This document shows, in pieces, positions 34,966 through 48,200 of a DNA stretch of 64,000 nt (the first letter of the stretch is position 1; the number at the start of each line of letters is the position of its first letter). Source of the stretch: Paragordius varius (lineage: Eukaryota > Animalia > Nematomorpha); the NCBI GenBank assembly GCA_964247055.1, contig OZ176050.1, positions 12,276,001 through 12,340,000 of the forward strand, given 5' to 3'. Below the pieces are notes generated by a model that was not told where the DNA came from, made no database searches, and saw only the letters and a list, made by a program, of their open reading frames with translations. The position numbers and the translations under genes were made by a program.

Positions 34966-36608
34966 CTCTAACCGAGTGATCAAACGTTAATTTATACAAC
35001 TGACGCAATAATAATTTTTAAATTATTTTAATTAAACATATTTTATGAATAGATCTTGATTTGTACCCAATTGATTGCCTAATGTATAAATATTTAACGT
35101 AATGTAACCGGTGACACTAAATATTAAAAACGCACTGACTAGATTACTTGGGATATGAGAAAATGTTATAAAAAAATGCTAAAATAATTTGAGAACTAAT
35201 TGCTTATATAATGCAAAAATTTTAGTGTGAATTTATGATTTTTTTATATTACAAACAGTAAACATATTTTTAAGTTCCGCTGAAAGTGCAATGGCAAAAC
35301 GTACGGATATATCTTTACATTTCAATATTCATTTAACATCATCTGAATCTAGATCCGATGCAAAGGCTTTTAAAGAGCCTTTTTACTATGAACAAATTTA
35401 TATTTTTTTACAAAATATTTAATAAGTTTGTTAAGATGTAGCTTTTTATTATTTTAATAGTCGATGAATTTTAAATAATTTTTGTAGGTATTTATTTACC
35501 AATATTAAATTTATAGGCTAATCATTTAGAAGCAATAATCCTATGCGCTATTATTTTTATTGAACCGTGGTTAAAAAAATTAAAATTCCTAACTCGCAAT
35601 AATTTTTCATGCAAAAATATAAGTTGTATGAAAATTACTACTTGACTTCTGCTAAATCAACAGGAACAGGGTTCTGAAATTAAAATGTTTTTGTTACTCT
35701 TTTTTAACTCCACCCTGGTTGTATATGGCCCAGACCGTTTTAATTTTAAAAATAAACCACCGGTTTTATCCTCCGCGAATCCGGCCTGTTGTTTACCTAT
35801 CGTTGTGCAAAATTGCCCTAAAATTTGTAAAAATGGAACATAAGGTTTATACAAGTCTAACTTGTGACCCGCACAAGCAGTTTTCAGCGACTTTGTTTTA
35901 AGATTTACAGTTTTAATGTTTAAAATCTTATATAATTATAAATGCTCATGTATAAATCGAATGCGGCCAGATTTTTTACAATATTGCTGCCTGGGAAGTC
36001 ATTTGTACAACCTTGTAAAAATCAAAAAAACAATATATTTTTGCGAATTCGAAGGGAGTAAAACCCTATGCAGTCTTATCATTCAATAATGCAGCTTTAA
36101 ATTCTAACTTATTAAATATGAATAATATAAAACAGTCTATCATATGGGTCAAATATAACATGTATCCTTTGGTCTGCGTCCATAAATTGGATTTAATAAA
36201 CATCCATATTTTGGATTCTAGACTTTTAAAAGGTGTGTAAGTGTTATTATTTTTCAAATATTTGTCCAAATGTATTGTATTTAAATGGAATAAGGCTTTA
36301 TATTTGATAAATGGCTTTAGATGCAAAAATGTTCTCCATAAAATAAACTAATAGTGATTCCAAGGTTTTTTAATTCTGCGATAATCGAAAATCAGCATTT
36401 TTCATGGAATAAAAAAATTTTTCTGCATATAATATTTTATTCCTTAGTAGTCTTCATATTTATCTGAAAATTTTGCTTAAATATCAAAGCCTTATGATTT
36501 TGTAATACAGAAAGATTGCATTTTGTTAAAATTCATAAAAACAGAAAATCATTATAAAAGAGAAGAGTTTAGCGCTAATATATTTTTACATATATATATT
36601 ATATAGGG

Positions 36609-38322
36609 CAGTGGTACTCACCAAAAAAATCTAACGGGCCAAATAAAATATATTTATTTTTCAAGGGCCATTAACCTAATAATGCAAATCCATAGCTATT
36701 TGACACATATGGACATATTTATAATAAATCAGAACAATGAATTTATTGCGGACCGCATGTAAATCCAGCTAAAAACTCATTTTGAACCATTTAGTTTAAA
36801 AATTAAAATATTTTGATAACTATATTTATTTAAATATTTATCAATAATTTTTGACAAATATGCCTCCGCCTCATTACAAGCCAATCTTAATAGGTCGTTC
36901 ATATAATCATCGGTTTAGCGATTTCTGTATGTATTCTTGACATGCTTCTTTTTTGAATATGCCGTTTTACACGTGTAAGTGGAGGGAATAACAATTAGGA
37001 TGACTTGAGCACATTTTTTTATATTTTCATATTTAGGAACATCCTGCCAAAACTCTACATATCTTTCTTCTCGATTATCCTGAATATAGCCTCCAAATTA
37101 GAATAATTTTTTAAATCTACGAATTATTTAATGATATGCGCCTGATCAAAACCGAAATGCTCTATTTGCATAATATTGAATATCCATAAGCTCTGGATTT
37201 TCAACGAGTTTTAAGCAATTTTAATATTTCTTAATTCTTGAAATCTGAATTTCATCTCATTAAAATGTTAGATGATTGTCTATTATTAAATTAATCATCG
37301 CTGTAAATTCCATATTTTCTTTACTATCGATTTAAGTGTTGGAAAATATAGGAGTGTTTTATTTATAAAATCTTGTTTATCTATTAATTTTTATTCAAAA
37401 GCAAATATTTGATCAGCAAATTGGGTTAATATTTTGTTCCCATGGAGACTTGTATTAAAAAAACTAAGTTTGTAAGTAATGTCGCAAAGGTTGGGTAATA
37501 AACCCATGTCACTATTAATTTCCTCGTCACACTTTCTGTTATCTTTTATAAATAATAGAATTTCATGTCTTAAAACAAAAAATCTATTTATTTTTTGCTA
37601 GCCATCTCACAACGGTGTACAAAAGAATATCATCAACTGTGGATATCTTTGAAGGTTTTTAAATTTACGGTGGTTATACTCTGTCACGGATGTGGTTAGC
37701 TTTATCTTTCGTTTCTTTTCTCATGTTTTTCTGGTATTTTATGAAAATGATGGATTGTAAATGTTTTTATTTAAACGACAAAGAATTTTTCTTCCCATTC
37801 TTTTTAAGGTGCGATTTTCATGGGATAATTTACGTTTTTAGCATTAGATGTCATTCTTTTTTAATGTTTAAATACTATGTGTTTTTTTAAAAAATTAGGA
37901 ATATAATTTTAATTATGCATTGAAAAACAGGTCGACATTTAATGAGTTGACTTTAAAAATATTTTATGGGAATGAGTTATAAAAAATGATGCAGGATAGC
38001 ATTAGAATATGTATATGCAAGTTTGGGTGAAAGGCTGCTTAAGGAATTTAATAATTCAAAATAGAAAAGAAAATACAGCAGAAACAACGTGTGCCAAAAT
38101 TTTGAAATCATTTTAATTCAGGAACTTTTTCTACATTTCAAATTGGGTAGATAAATATACCATAAAATCTAAAGCAAATAAATTAAAATTTAAATAGGCG
38201 AAAATTCGTTTGTCTATATTGAAAATTCATCGATAAAAAATAAAATTAATTTGGTCATAGGGCAATTTTAAAGCACTCTTGGGGCCGCATGCGGCCCGCG
38301 GGCCGCGGTTTGAATATCACTG
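36609..38322 (-). mobile_element. hAT (Buster/SPIN/Charlie-like) element with decayed transposase
   Basis: TIRs CAGTGGTACTCA / TGAATATCACTG; exact 8-bp TSD ATATAGGG (36601-36608, 38323-38330); minus-strand relics YTVVRWLAK (cf. HTEVRWLS) and LCDITYKL...NTSLHG near 37400-37620, with stops and frameshifts. Confidence 0.85.
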
Positions 38323-39661
38323 ATATAGGGTATTAACACTTGGATTCAACACATTCATTTTAGTCCTTCGATTCGAATTGGGGTAGTTGGATACCCCAGG
38401 CCTTTGTAAAGCAAACAATTTATTAAAAACTTATTGTTTTTAAGTTCTATCGCTTATTTATATTTATTAATGCCTAATTAACTAATTACAACAGGATATT
38501 TACATTTTAATTCAATTTCTACATGCTTCAGACAATCGATTTAATATCTATTATTTATGTTTAGCATCGCCATACAGAAAGAAAATATCTTTAAATGTAA
38601 GTTTTTGTAATTTATAGGCTTATAAAGACATATACCTGAATATTATGTAAGATATTGGGCAATTATTGAATTTCGAGAAGCAACTATAAAATTAGTCTTA
38701 TAAATTTTGTAAAGAGATTTGCTTAAATAGAAAACATTCCACGTACTTTCTGAAGTAAATTTCACATTTAGGTTAATATAAAATAGTATTAATATCATGA
38801 AAGAAACAGAATCATATGCACCAAGATGGCAGGTCATCAAATTTATATAATTTATCTTCTAGAATAGTTATACCGAATAATCTTATATTTGATGCTTTAT
38901 ATCTAATTATGTATTTTTATTTATTCTACGATCTCAGAATAAATCAAAACTTGCTTTTTGCCGTCTAGAAGTAAACCGTTTTTTATTAGATCAGTCAAAC
39001 TTACCGCGGCCCCGGCACCTCTATTTTAATGCCAATTATTAGATTATTTTTTTGTGATTGTTAAAAAAATATTGCTAATTTCTCATTTTTAATTAATAGG
39101 TATTTCGTTAAATTTGATCCAAATATTTTATTTCCTAAAGCGATCTTGTTGTTTTGTCTCAGCTTGCATCAAGGCACATAAAAATAAAAATTATTTTAAA
39201 ACATATAAAGGTATGACGTTAGATTGGCCTGTTATGATAATCAGATTTGTCAAAATTGGTTAATACTAATTGTTATATGTTATTCTCAATATATGTAATT
39301 TATCGACATTATATTGTGGCCATAGATAAAATATATTGTATTCGGCCCGTTAATTTTGGTGAGTATTTAGAGTTGTTCGATGGATAATCACAACGGATTC
39401 CGATTTAGCATGGATCGATAAATATAGTATAATAAAATCTTATTTCCAAATAATTTATTTAGATTATTTTCATAGTTTGTGCAAACAATTTAAGAGGATC
39501 GCAATAAATGATTGTTTTTCTGTTGACATGCTTGGCAAAATATTACAGATTTTTTGTGAACAGATCTTCGACGCAAATAGCACCTTGTAGAATATATAAG
39601 TATATATATCTTTTTGGCACATTAATTTTATTGCAAACCGTTATAAAGCCTAAAAAGATTA

Positions 39662-40782
39662 CACTAGACAACAAATTTTAACTATTTTTAACTGCCATTC
39701 TTGTAAATTTAAAATTTATTTCATTAAAGTACATAATTAGTATATCTGAAAAGAAAATTGGTCTAGCATTCAAGAATTTTTTTATATTAGAGTTTATCAA
39801 TAATTTCTGGCCCCGATTTAACATTAAACTCGAAATTTTGAAAATTAAAAGTTTTAGATATGAAGCCATGTATTTTATATCATTCGAAAGAGCGCAAAAA
39901 ACTGCATCTTTTAAATGGTACCTAATTCATTTAAATCAATCGGATGTAAAAGTTATTTGGATTTAAATGGTCGAAATTTTCAATCCTTAAATAAGTCAAG
40001 AATTTTCACAGACAAACTTTTGAAAATCATATAAATTATTTCAATATAATTATTGGGTTTATATTAATATTTAATTTAAAAAAAATGTTTGAAAAAGCTT
40101 TTGGTTCGCTTTTTTAATAAAAATTATTATTATCATAAATATTTTACCTAGCGGATACGAAAATGCATAGTTATAACTGTAAATTTATTACATAATGGCC
40201 ATAAAAGATGAAAAATACTTTAAACTTTGTTTTTATCTTTAAAATTTCCAAATTATCAGCCTCTTAAAGAAAATAAATGATTATTGATGAGATGGTAATT
40301 TTTAAAAAACAAAAAATTTAAAAATGGCTGTTTTGAAGGACATAAAAGCAATAAAAAATGATTTAATCAAAAAAACTTTCTGTGTTATCTTTTATGGACA
40401 TTCATCACCATCTAATCAAAGTTTGAGCTATTTTCATCCATTAGTTTTAAAAATATAATAATTAAAAAAATGCTCTCGCTTCGCGCCTTTGTCGCTCTTT
40501 GTGTCCAATATTAACTGTCGATGAAATACATATTAGTATGCATTTTATAGAGTTTTTATTACTCTTTCATATGATATATTACAAATGGGCATTACTTGTA
40601 TATTTTCAATGAAAAACATTTTTTCGTAAAATTTTGATAAAGAGAGCACATAATCAAAAAAATCAAATTATACAAAATTCTTACATTGATTTGTAATTAT
40701 TATTTCAGATTTACTGTTAAAATGACACTAAATATCAGAAAATGCAAAAAACTCGAGTGGCAGAAAAATTTGTTGTCCAGTG
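39662..40782. mobile_element. 1.12-kb non-autonomous CAC...GTG DNA transposon, copy B
   Basis: Same TIRs and TTA flanks as copy A; direct orientation; roughly 90% identical by eye. Confidence 0.9.
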
Positions 40783-42265
40783 TTATTTAAGTGACCATGT
40801 ATAATTTGCGCAAGCCCATAGCAATCAAGATACCTAAAATTGTATATAGATAATATACCTAAAAAGGCATCAAATTCTTCTATGTTCAAATTACCATAGT
40901 TTTCCGAATTTCATTAATTTTTTACGTAATAAATTATGATAGAATTAAATGTTATAACTGGGTCCTGGATAATAATTGATTTGAGCCCGGGGATAAAACG
41001 AATTAAATTGGATTGCTAGATTTTCCATTATATCGAAATCTAAATAAAATATTTTTATACCTGACTTCGAAGATGAGGAGTCATCCACATTATAATCTCT
41101 ACTATGCTTCGTAACGAAAATTACTTTCAATGATATGTTTACAGGAGGTGGGATGCAATCTTTAAAAATATTATGTATTCTGAAATAATTCTAGCGCCAA
41201 CCAATTCGAGATGAGAATTTTTTTAAAACCTTAATTTCATTAAGTTATTTTGGTTTAATTATATAATTTTTATAAGGATAGAAGCATAAATTTAAATTAG
41301 CGTAATTCTATTGGGTAGTTTTTTTAAAATACTAATTTGAAAAAGGTCTGAAGTATTTGGATACCCCATAAAACCGTGAATTTCATTTATTTTGTAAAAG
41401 GATTCAAAATAAACACTCAACGCATTATTTATAACCAAGTAGCACAATGAGACTTGCAAGTAGAAACCTCGATGTAATTTGACTCTTACAAAAATATATG
41501 ATAAACTTAAGACCCTATAATTTTTAATCTCAGCGTCATAATAAATATAAAATATAACGAGGATATTTTTGTAAAGACTAACAATATTTTAAAAGCCAAT
41601 TCTGAAACCATGGACGTTTCACTTTTTCAATTCACCTTTGTTTTTCCAACATTTTGGAAGCAACTCAATTTTAATATACAGCTCGATATCGCCTTTTTAA
41701 AATCTTCCCAAAACCATTACAGTATGGGTTCCAAATTTTCAACCTATTAGCCCTAGTATTAATATATTTACTTATCAAATTATCAACAATCATATAAAAC
41801 CTCGAAAATATTTATTTATGCTATGCTTTTTATAAAAATAGGAGACATTTTACATTTGGTGGTTGTTTTCTAAGAGGCCGTTCCAAACAGTTATATAACT
41901 ACAAGATTTTTCCGAAATCTTACATTTAACAACTGGATATTTTAAACGATTTATTTTAATAATAAACGTAAGATATTCTGCATAAAACTAAAATGTATTC
42001 ATCAATATGAATATTTGATATTGAAGTAAATGAGGTTGAGATATTGGTATATTAAAATAAAAACTTTCGCCATATTCTAAAAGGGAAATATATCAATGAA
42101 AAATATTTAGAATATTAAATTATAAAAACTAGCAAGCTAGTTTACATAGTTAATGTATTTATATTGTGAAATGAATGAAACGAATATAATCATGAGTAAA
42201 TGTAAAATGCGTAATAAATTTACAAAATAAACATTATAAAATGATAAACATGTGTGATAAAAATT

Positions 42266-45200
42266 CTATGCAAAATACATTCTAGATAAAGTTTGGGGGT
42301 TAATAGAAATATCCCGATTAATTTTATCCAAATTTATGTTTTGAGCCGATGATGATCCACTCACTGATGCACCATCCCTAAAAAGATAAATTAAAATGTA
42401 TTGTTTATAAATAGAAATGAAAAACAATTTTTTTTATTATAAATGCTCTTTCAAACATTCAATTCCGACATTTTTAGAAACAAAAAATATTTTAAATAAA
42501 AAAAATGTAGATGATAAACTAAGAATATATGAATATTACATATTTTCCTTTGTAAAAAACATTTTTTTCGAAATAACATTAAATTCCCAGAAAATTAAAT
42601 AAATAATCATATGCATCGTTATTTTAATTGTATTTGAGATAAAAAATTAAAATATAAAGAATTTCAAACGGAAATCAAAGTAAAAGTGTGGTTTGTGACA
42701 AAAAAGATGTGTTTTAAAAAAATTATAAAAAATAAAATTTGCAAACTAAAGTAGTAGAAATTTAAATATTTTGTTTGTCATTTAGATAAGAAAAAATGTG
42801 GTTGGTTAAGAAGTGTAACAATTAATACTAAAATAAGTCCTAGAATTTTCTTTGTATCAATATAAATTATTTATTTTTAAGAAAAATAAAAATCCTTGAT
42901 AATATTATTGAATATATATAATTGTAAAATATCTCGGTGTATTCTTATAAAAGGACATCTTTTAGAACATTTTGATGCAAACACATCAAAATTAAAGTAA
43001 ATTTATTAATAAAAGCATCTAACTTTATCAAATTAAAACAAGATAATTAAAAAATAAAAATATATTAGAAAAGAATAATATGTAATCAAAGATACCACCA
43101 AGATTATTCTTTTATTTTTTCCCTAGATTACAAAAGTTAAATAAATAAATATCGTTTTTCATTGAAAGCAAATTTCTTTATATATTTTTGAATCAATAAA
43201 TTATTAATTTTAAATCAATCCAAAAAAAAGAATAATAAAATTTTTACGAAGAATGCATCTCCTCAGCCAAATGGTGTCGGGCCCTAAAAGCCACATGATG
43301 TGCATAATAAGCCGGAGCGGGGATACTTACAGTCCGATTGCAACGAACATAAGAGTGACACAGAGCATATGTTAGTGCTTGAAATTCATCGGCAGAAAGC
43401 TTATTATCATCCCAAAGCAAGTGGTAATGCGTTGGTCGAGATGTACCCTATACACGATATAAAAAGAGTATATTATATTTTAGTTAAAAACAACATTTTT
43501 AGTTTCGTTTGGATGGAAAAATGTTGCATTTGGTTTATGTTAAAAAGGTGTTACATTTGAGTCAAAAATGGTTTAGATGAAGCAAAGTATTCAAAAATCC
43601 ATCTGTCAGTCTCACTGAGTTGTATGAAAATACAATACCCCACACTTTATTGCTGGCTTTGTTCACCAATTGGCACAATACAGTACCGTATGGATAAAAA
43701 ACAACAATAAATATGTGTAAAATTAAACATTTCATGTGAAATATTAAAGTATGAATGTGTAGTCAAAAGAGAAAATTTGCCAATTAATATATATATAATA
43801 GACCTTAATCTTAGTTACCATAAATAAAATAAAAAGAGCAAATTTAAGAAAATCATATCTCTTACTTGAATCCCTGCATGACTACATAGGAAAAAGTCAT
43901 TTTCAATCGGATGTACGATACCCTTATCGACTATCGTTCCAGGGGGTACGTTCCCACTTTTTCCACACTATGTTATATGCATATAAATAGTATAAAAATT
44001 ATTAATTAATGAAAAGAACATAAAATATTAACTTGTTCTAAAACAAAAAACCGTCATTTTTTATCAAATAATAAGCATTTGCAAAATATGTTTCTTTTTT
44101 TATAGCTGTAAAATATCAAGTAAAAGCTGTTATATACCTCAACCACATATTAAATAAATTCAAAATCATAAAAAAATAAAAAACAATAATAGCTTGTTTG
44201 GAAAAACGACAATTTTCTTCTATATAAAAATCTTTTTGTTTACTCTGCTCTCGAATTTCGATTCAGATAAAAAGTTAGTAACCTTTAAAATTATGTCTCA
44301 AAAAATCAAAGAAAAACTATAAATAACCATAATATTTCAAAATACCAAACCAAGTTGATAACTATAAAATCTGTTTCAAAACAAAAACAGAAAAACATAC
44401 CTGATCCCTTGAATCAGTACAAAACAATCGAGTATGATGTCTTTTTTGGACGACGGCAAAAGTTATGAGCGGTTGATATCCTGCTTCGATTTTCGTACAG
44501 GCAGCCTGTATAGCAGCAACTTCGTATTGCAACACCTAAATATTGATTTTATAAATATGTGTGTGGGAAATTATTTATAGTTAGAGAGTATATAAAAAAT
44601 AAAAATATCGGGGTTTTTACCAATCGCTACTTTTGGCTTATTTATAATGCCTCAGAAACTAAACTGATTCCTTTATATAAAATTGCTCATTTACAGTAAA
44701 AAATTAAAATTATACAGACATAATGTATAAAAGACATATATATATTTTTAAAAACAAGCAAACTTTCTTAAAACTTAATTTTTAATTACTTTTTTATAAT
44801 ATATAATTTATTATGTTTTCAATTTACATCTCTTCTATTTCAACCTTTGCAATTTCAAACAATGACAAAAAATGTCTTTGTGTTTGTCTGTATTGCTTGA
44901 GAAAAAAAGAAATATATGCATTCTCATACGTTTTCCGAAAAATTGTTTTAAGGAGATATATATAAACATCTATTATTATTACACAGTGTGCAAAATTAGA
45001 ATTTTTTTCTCAGGATATCATACCTAGCTTAATATGACCGTTGTGACATATACATCTCAAAAATATAAGGATAATAAAATTGTAAATGAAGAAAACTTTT
45101 TTTCCACTTTTTCCATATATGGTTATATTCGGAAAAAAACAATTTATTTGAATCCTTGATCAAAAATTATAAAACTTATATATAATATTAAATAATATTG

Positions 45201-48200
45201 AATAAATATTATTTGCAAATTTTGGCGCAATATGAATTGATAAATTTAAAATAAACCTCAAATTAGTAAATCCAAATAATTTTGGCCTTTTATATTCATA
45301 TAAAAAACTCGATGAAAATTAATATAATATGTGCTAAAATTTAAGTTTAACTTTATTTGTTAATAATAATACCATTTATATATATAATAATAATTACATA
45401 TACACAAAATATAAATGGACAAGATTTTAACATAAATAATAATCTTTTAATATAAATGTCTTGGTGATATGATTTTATATGAGAAATCCAGGTGTATCAA
45501 GAATAAAACAGAATGAAATTGTCAAGTTAGATAAAAGGTTTAACCCTGATATTGATTGTATATAATATAATAATTTTAGGTAACAGAAACATTTTTATTT
45601 TTTACATATAAAAAAAAACTTTTAAGCCCAATGAATGTTGCAATCATATATATATATATATAAATCATAATAAAAAAATATTACAGTTACATGTTTTAAT
45701 GGCTTTTTAGGTGCATTCTAAAAATTGGAAATGTGAAATTAAAAAATTCAAATTATGCCCATTTTTTCTTAAATTATTTTTTAAAACGGCAGTTTATGGC
45801 TATAAAAAGACTTAAACTTTAATCATTTTTAGTAAAACTGGGCCACTAAAAGCGTATTTATAACCCTGAATTAAAGATATACTCTTTATAGTATAAATAT
45901 CTGCAAGTATGTTGCACAGTTCTTGAGAGAAGATATTTTTGCAGCTGTAAATCTTTTGTTGAGTGGCAATGCTTTATATATGCTTATATTTGAAATTATT
46001 AAAAAGTGTGGATATACATTTTATGATAAACTATTTTAATCAGGTATTTTATGTTATTAACATTTTGGCAAAAAAGACTTTCTCATTCTCAAGAATTTTT
46101 TCAATGAGTTGGATCTCATATGCCGCCTAAGTAGGATAGCCTGTTACCGATGATCCAAGAGGAGAATGGATAATCTACGAGAAACCAATGAAACCTTGGC
46201 AGAACTCAACATTAAAACTAAAAATATCAGAGTTTTATTTACTTAGTTTCAAAAAGGATGATCTCGTTTCTAAAACTTTCATCGAAAAATATAATTTTAG
46301 ATTGAAAAGAGTGAATATATGATATGTATAGCAAAAATATGTTTATTACACAAAGAACAATGTAAATTATAAATTATAGGAAGAATATAGGTAATTAACA
46401 TTATAGAAGGTAATTTACATGCACACCGTGATTTGCATAAAAATATAAATTTAACAAATTCGAATAAATAACAGGTATATTGTATCATAATGGTTGATCT
46501 AGACAATAATGCCAAAGATAATCATCATATGACTGAGGCTTTTGTTTCTATACAAATCTTCAATTTTTTGCAAGGTCTGATAAACTCTTTCACTAATCGG
46601 ATCGGTGAGTTTACTTACCGAGTGGAAATTCGTCTATGTGCTGATCCACTATATATAGGAGCGACATATTTACACCTAATATGAAATTTATCCAGTTGGT
46701 AAAAACTACTAACAAGATCTGATGCCAATTCCCTGCAGTTCTCACTTTTGTAATGATAGAGGAAGTTATCATTAAATAACTTGTATGCCCAAGCAATCAT
46801 CGCTTTAACCCCTATCAAATTAGAGAATTCTTCATCTGCCAAGAGTTGGTCGATTTGGGGACCAGTCAAGCACCCATTTGATAATTTAGATTTGGACATT
46901 TTGAATTTACCAAAATAATGGTCAAATGCTAAATCACCATCCATATCCAAATTTATCAAAAAGGTTCTTGCCACCCTTAATTTTATGTGTAGAAGAGGGA
47001 CCACTAATCTATCCACATCGACATGGTTTCATTTCTATCCCATACTCTTCAATTACATAAACCAATCTTGAGAATATATCCCCAGGATCACTGAAGTGCA
47101 TTTCAATATCCCGGTTATTGAAATGGCACCACGGGCATGAAAAGGTAGGATAACCCGATTTTAGTCCTCTTAAAATTGACAGAAACTATCATCATCAAAA
47201 GGTTAAATAATACTTTGAAATCACCAATTATGGTTATCATACCCTATCAATCGCAACATTTCTGAATACAATTCTTAGCTTTCCCGCTCATTTGGCTGCT
47301 TCCCCTTCTATGCAACCGTAGCAGTAATACTTTATTTTCCCATGCCTACACCTTCAAAAATGGGATACGCTATTGTTGTGATATACTTTTTTAATCTAGC
47401 AGACAAAAAAAATATTCAGGAAGATTGGAACCTTTTCATGGATGCGAATTAGGTTTTTCATATATTTGTATTTCTTTAATAATTAATATAAAACTGATTG
47501 CTATGTAGCTTCAAAGTTGTCTTGCTTCATGATATGGCGATTTCCAAACCCTTGATTATTGCATGGAAAGGAAAGCAGCCAAATGAGCGGGAAAGCTATG
47601 AATTGTATTCAGAAATGTTGCGCCTGATAGGGTATGATAACCAATGGTTTCAAAATAATATGATGATAGTTTCTGTCAATTTTAAGAGGACTGAAATCGG
47701 GTTATCCTACCTTTTGATGCCCGTAATGCCATTTCAAAAACAGGGATATTGAAATGCATTTCAGTCTGCCTGGGGATATATACCCAAGATTGGTTGATGT
47801 GATTGGAGAGTATGGGATAGAAATAAAACCATTTGTCGATATGGATAAATTAGTGGTCCCTCCTCTTCACATAAAATTGGGGCTGGCAAGAACCTTTTTG
47901 ATTAATTTGGATATGGATGTTGGTTTAGCATTTGACCATTATCTTGGTAAATTCAAAATCTCCAAATTAAATTATCAAATGGGTGCTTGACTGGTCCCCA
48001 AATCGACCAACTATTGGAACATGAAGAATTTTATAATTTGATGGGGGTTAAAGAGAGGATTGCTTGGGAGGCATACATGTTATTTAATAATAACTTCCTC
48101 TATCATTACAAAAGTGAGAAGTACAGAGAGTTTGCATCAATCAGATCTCGTTAGTAGTTTTCAGCAACTGTGTAAATTTGAAGTCATAATAAATCAATAT

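Noticed and set aside
33360-39869. Twin 63-aa ORFs (MASYLKLLIF...) as a gene family
   Set aside because: Both lie inside the two copies of the 1.12-kb non-autonomous element and show no recognisable motif.
43300-43560. 86-aa plus-strand ORF
   Set aside because: Antisense shadow of the AGO PIWI exon 43248-43447.
44982-45020. True V(D)J recombination signal
   Set aside because: Heptamer only; no ACAAAAACC nonamer at 12 or 23 bp and no Ig/TCR segments. It is a transposon terminus.
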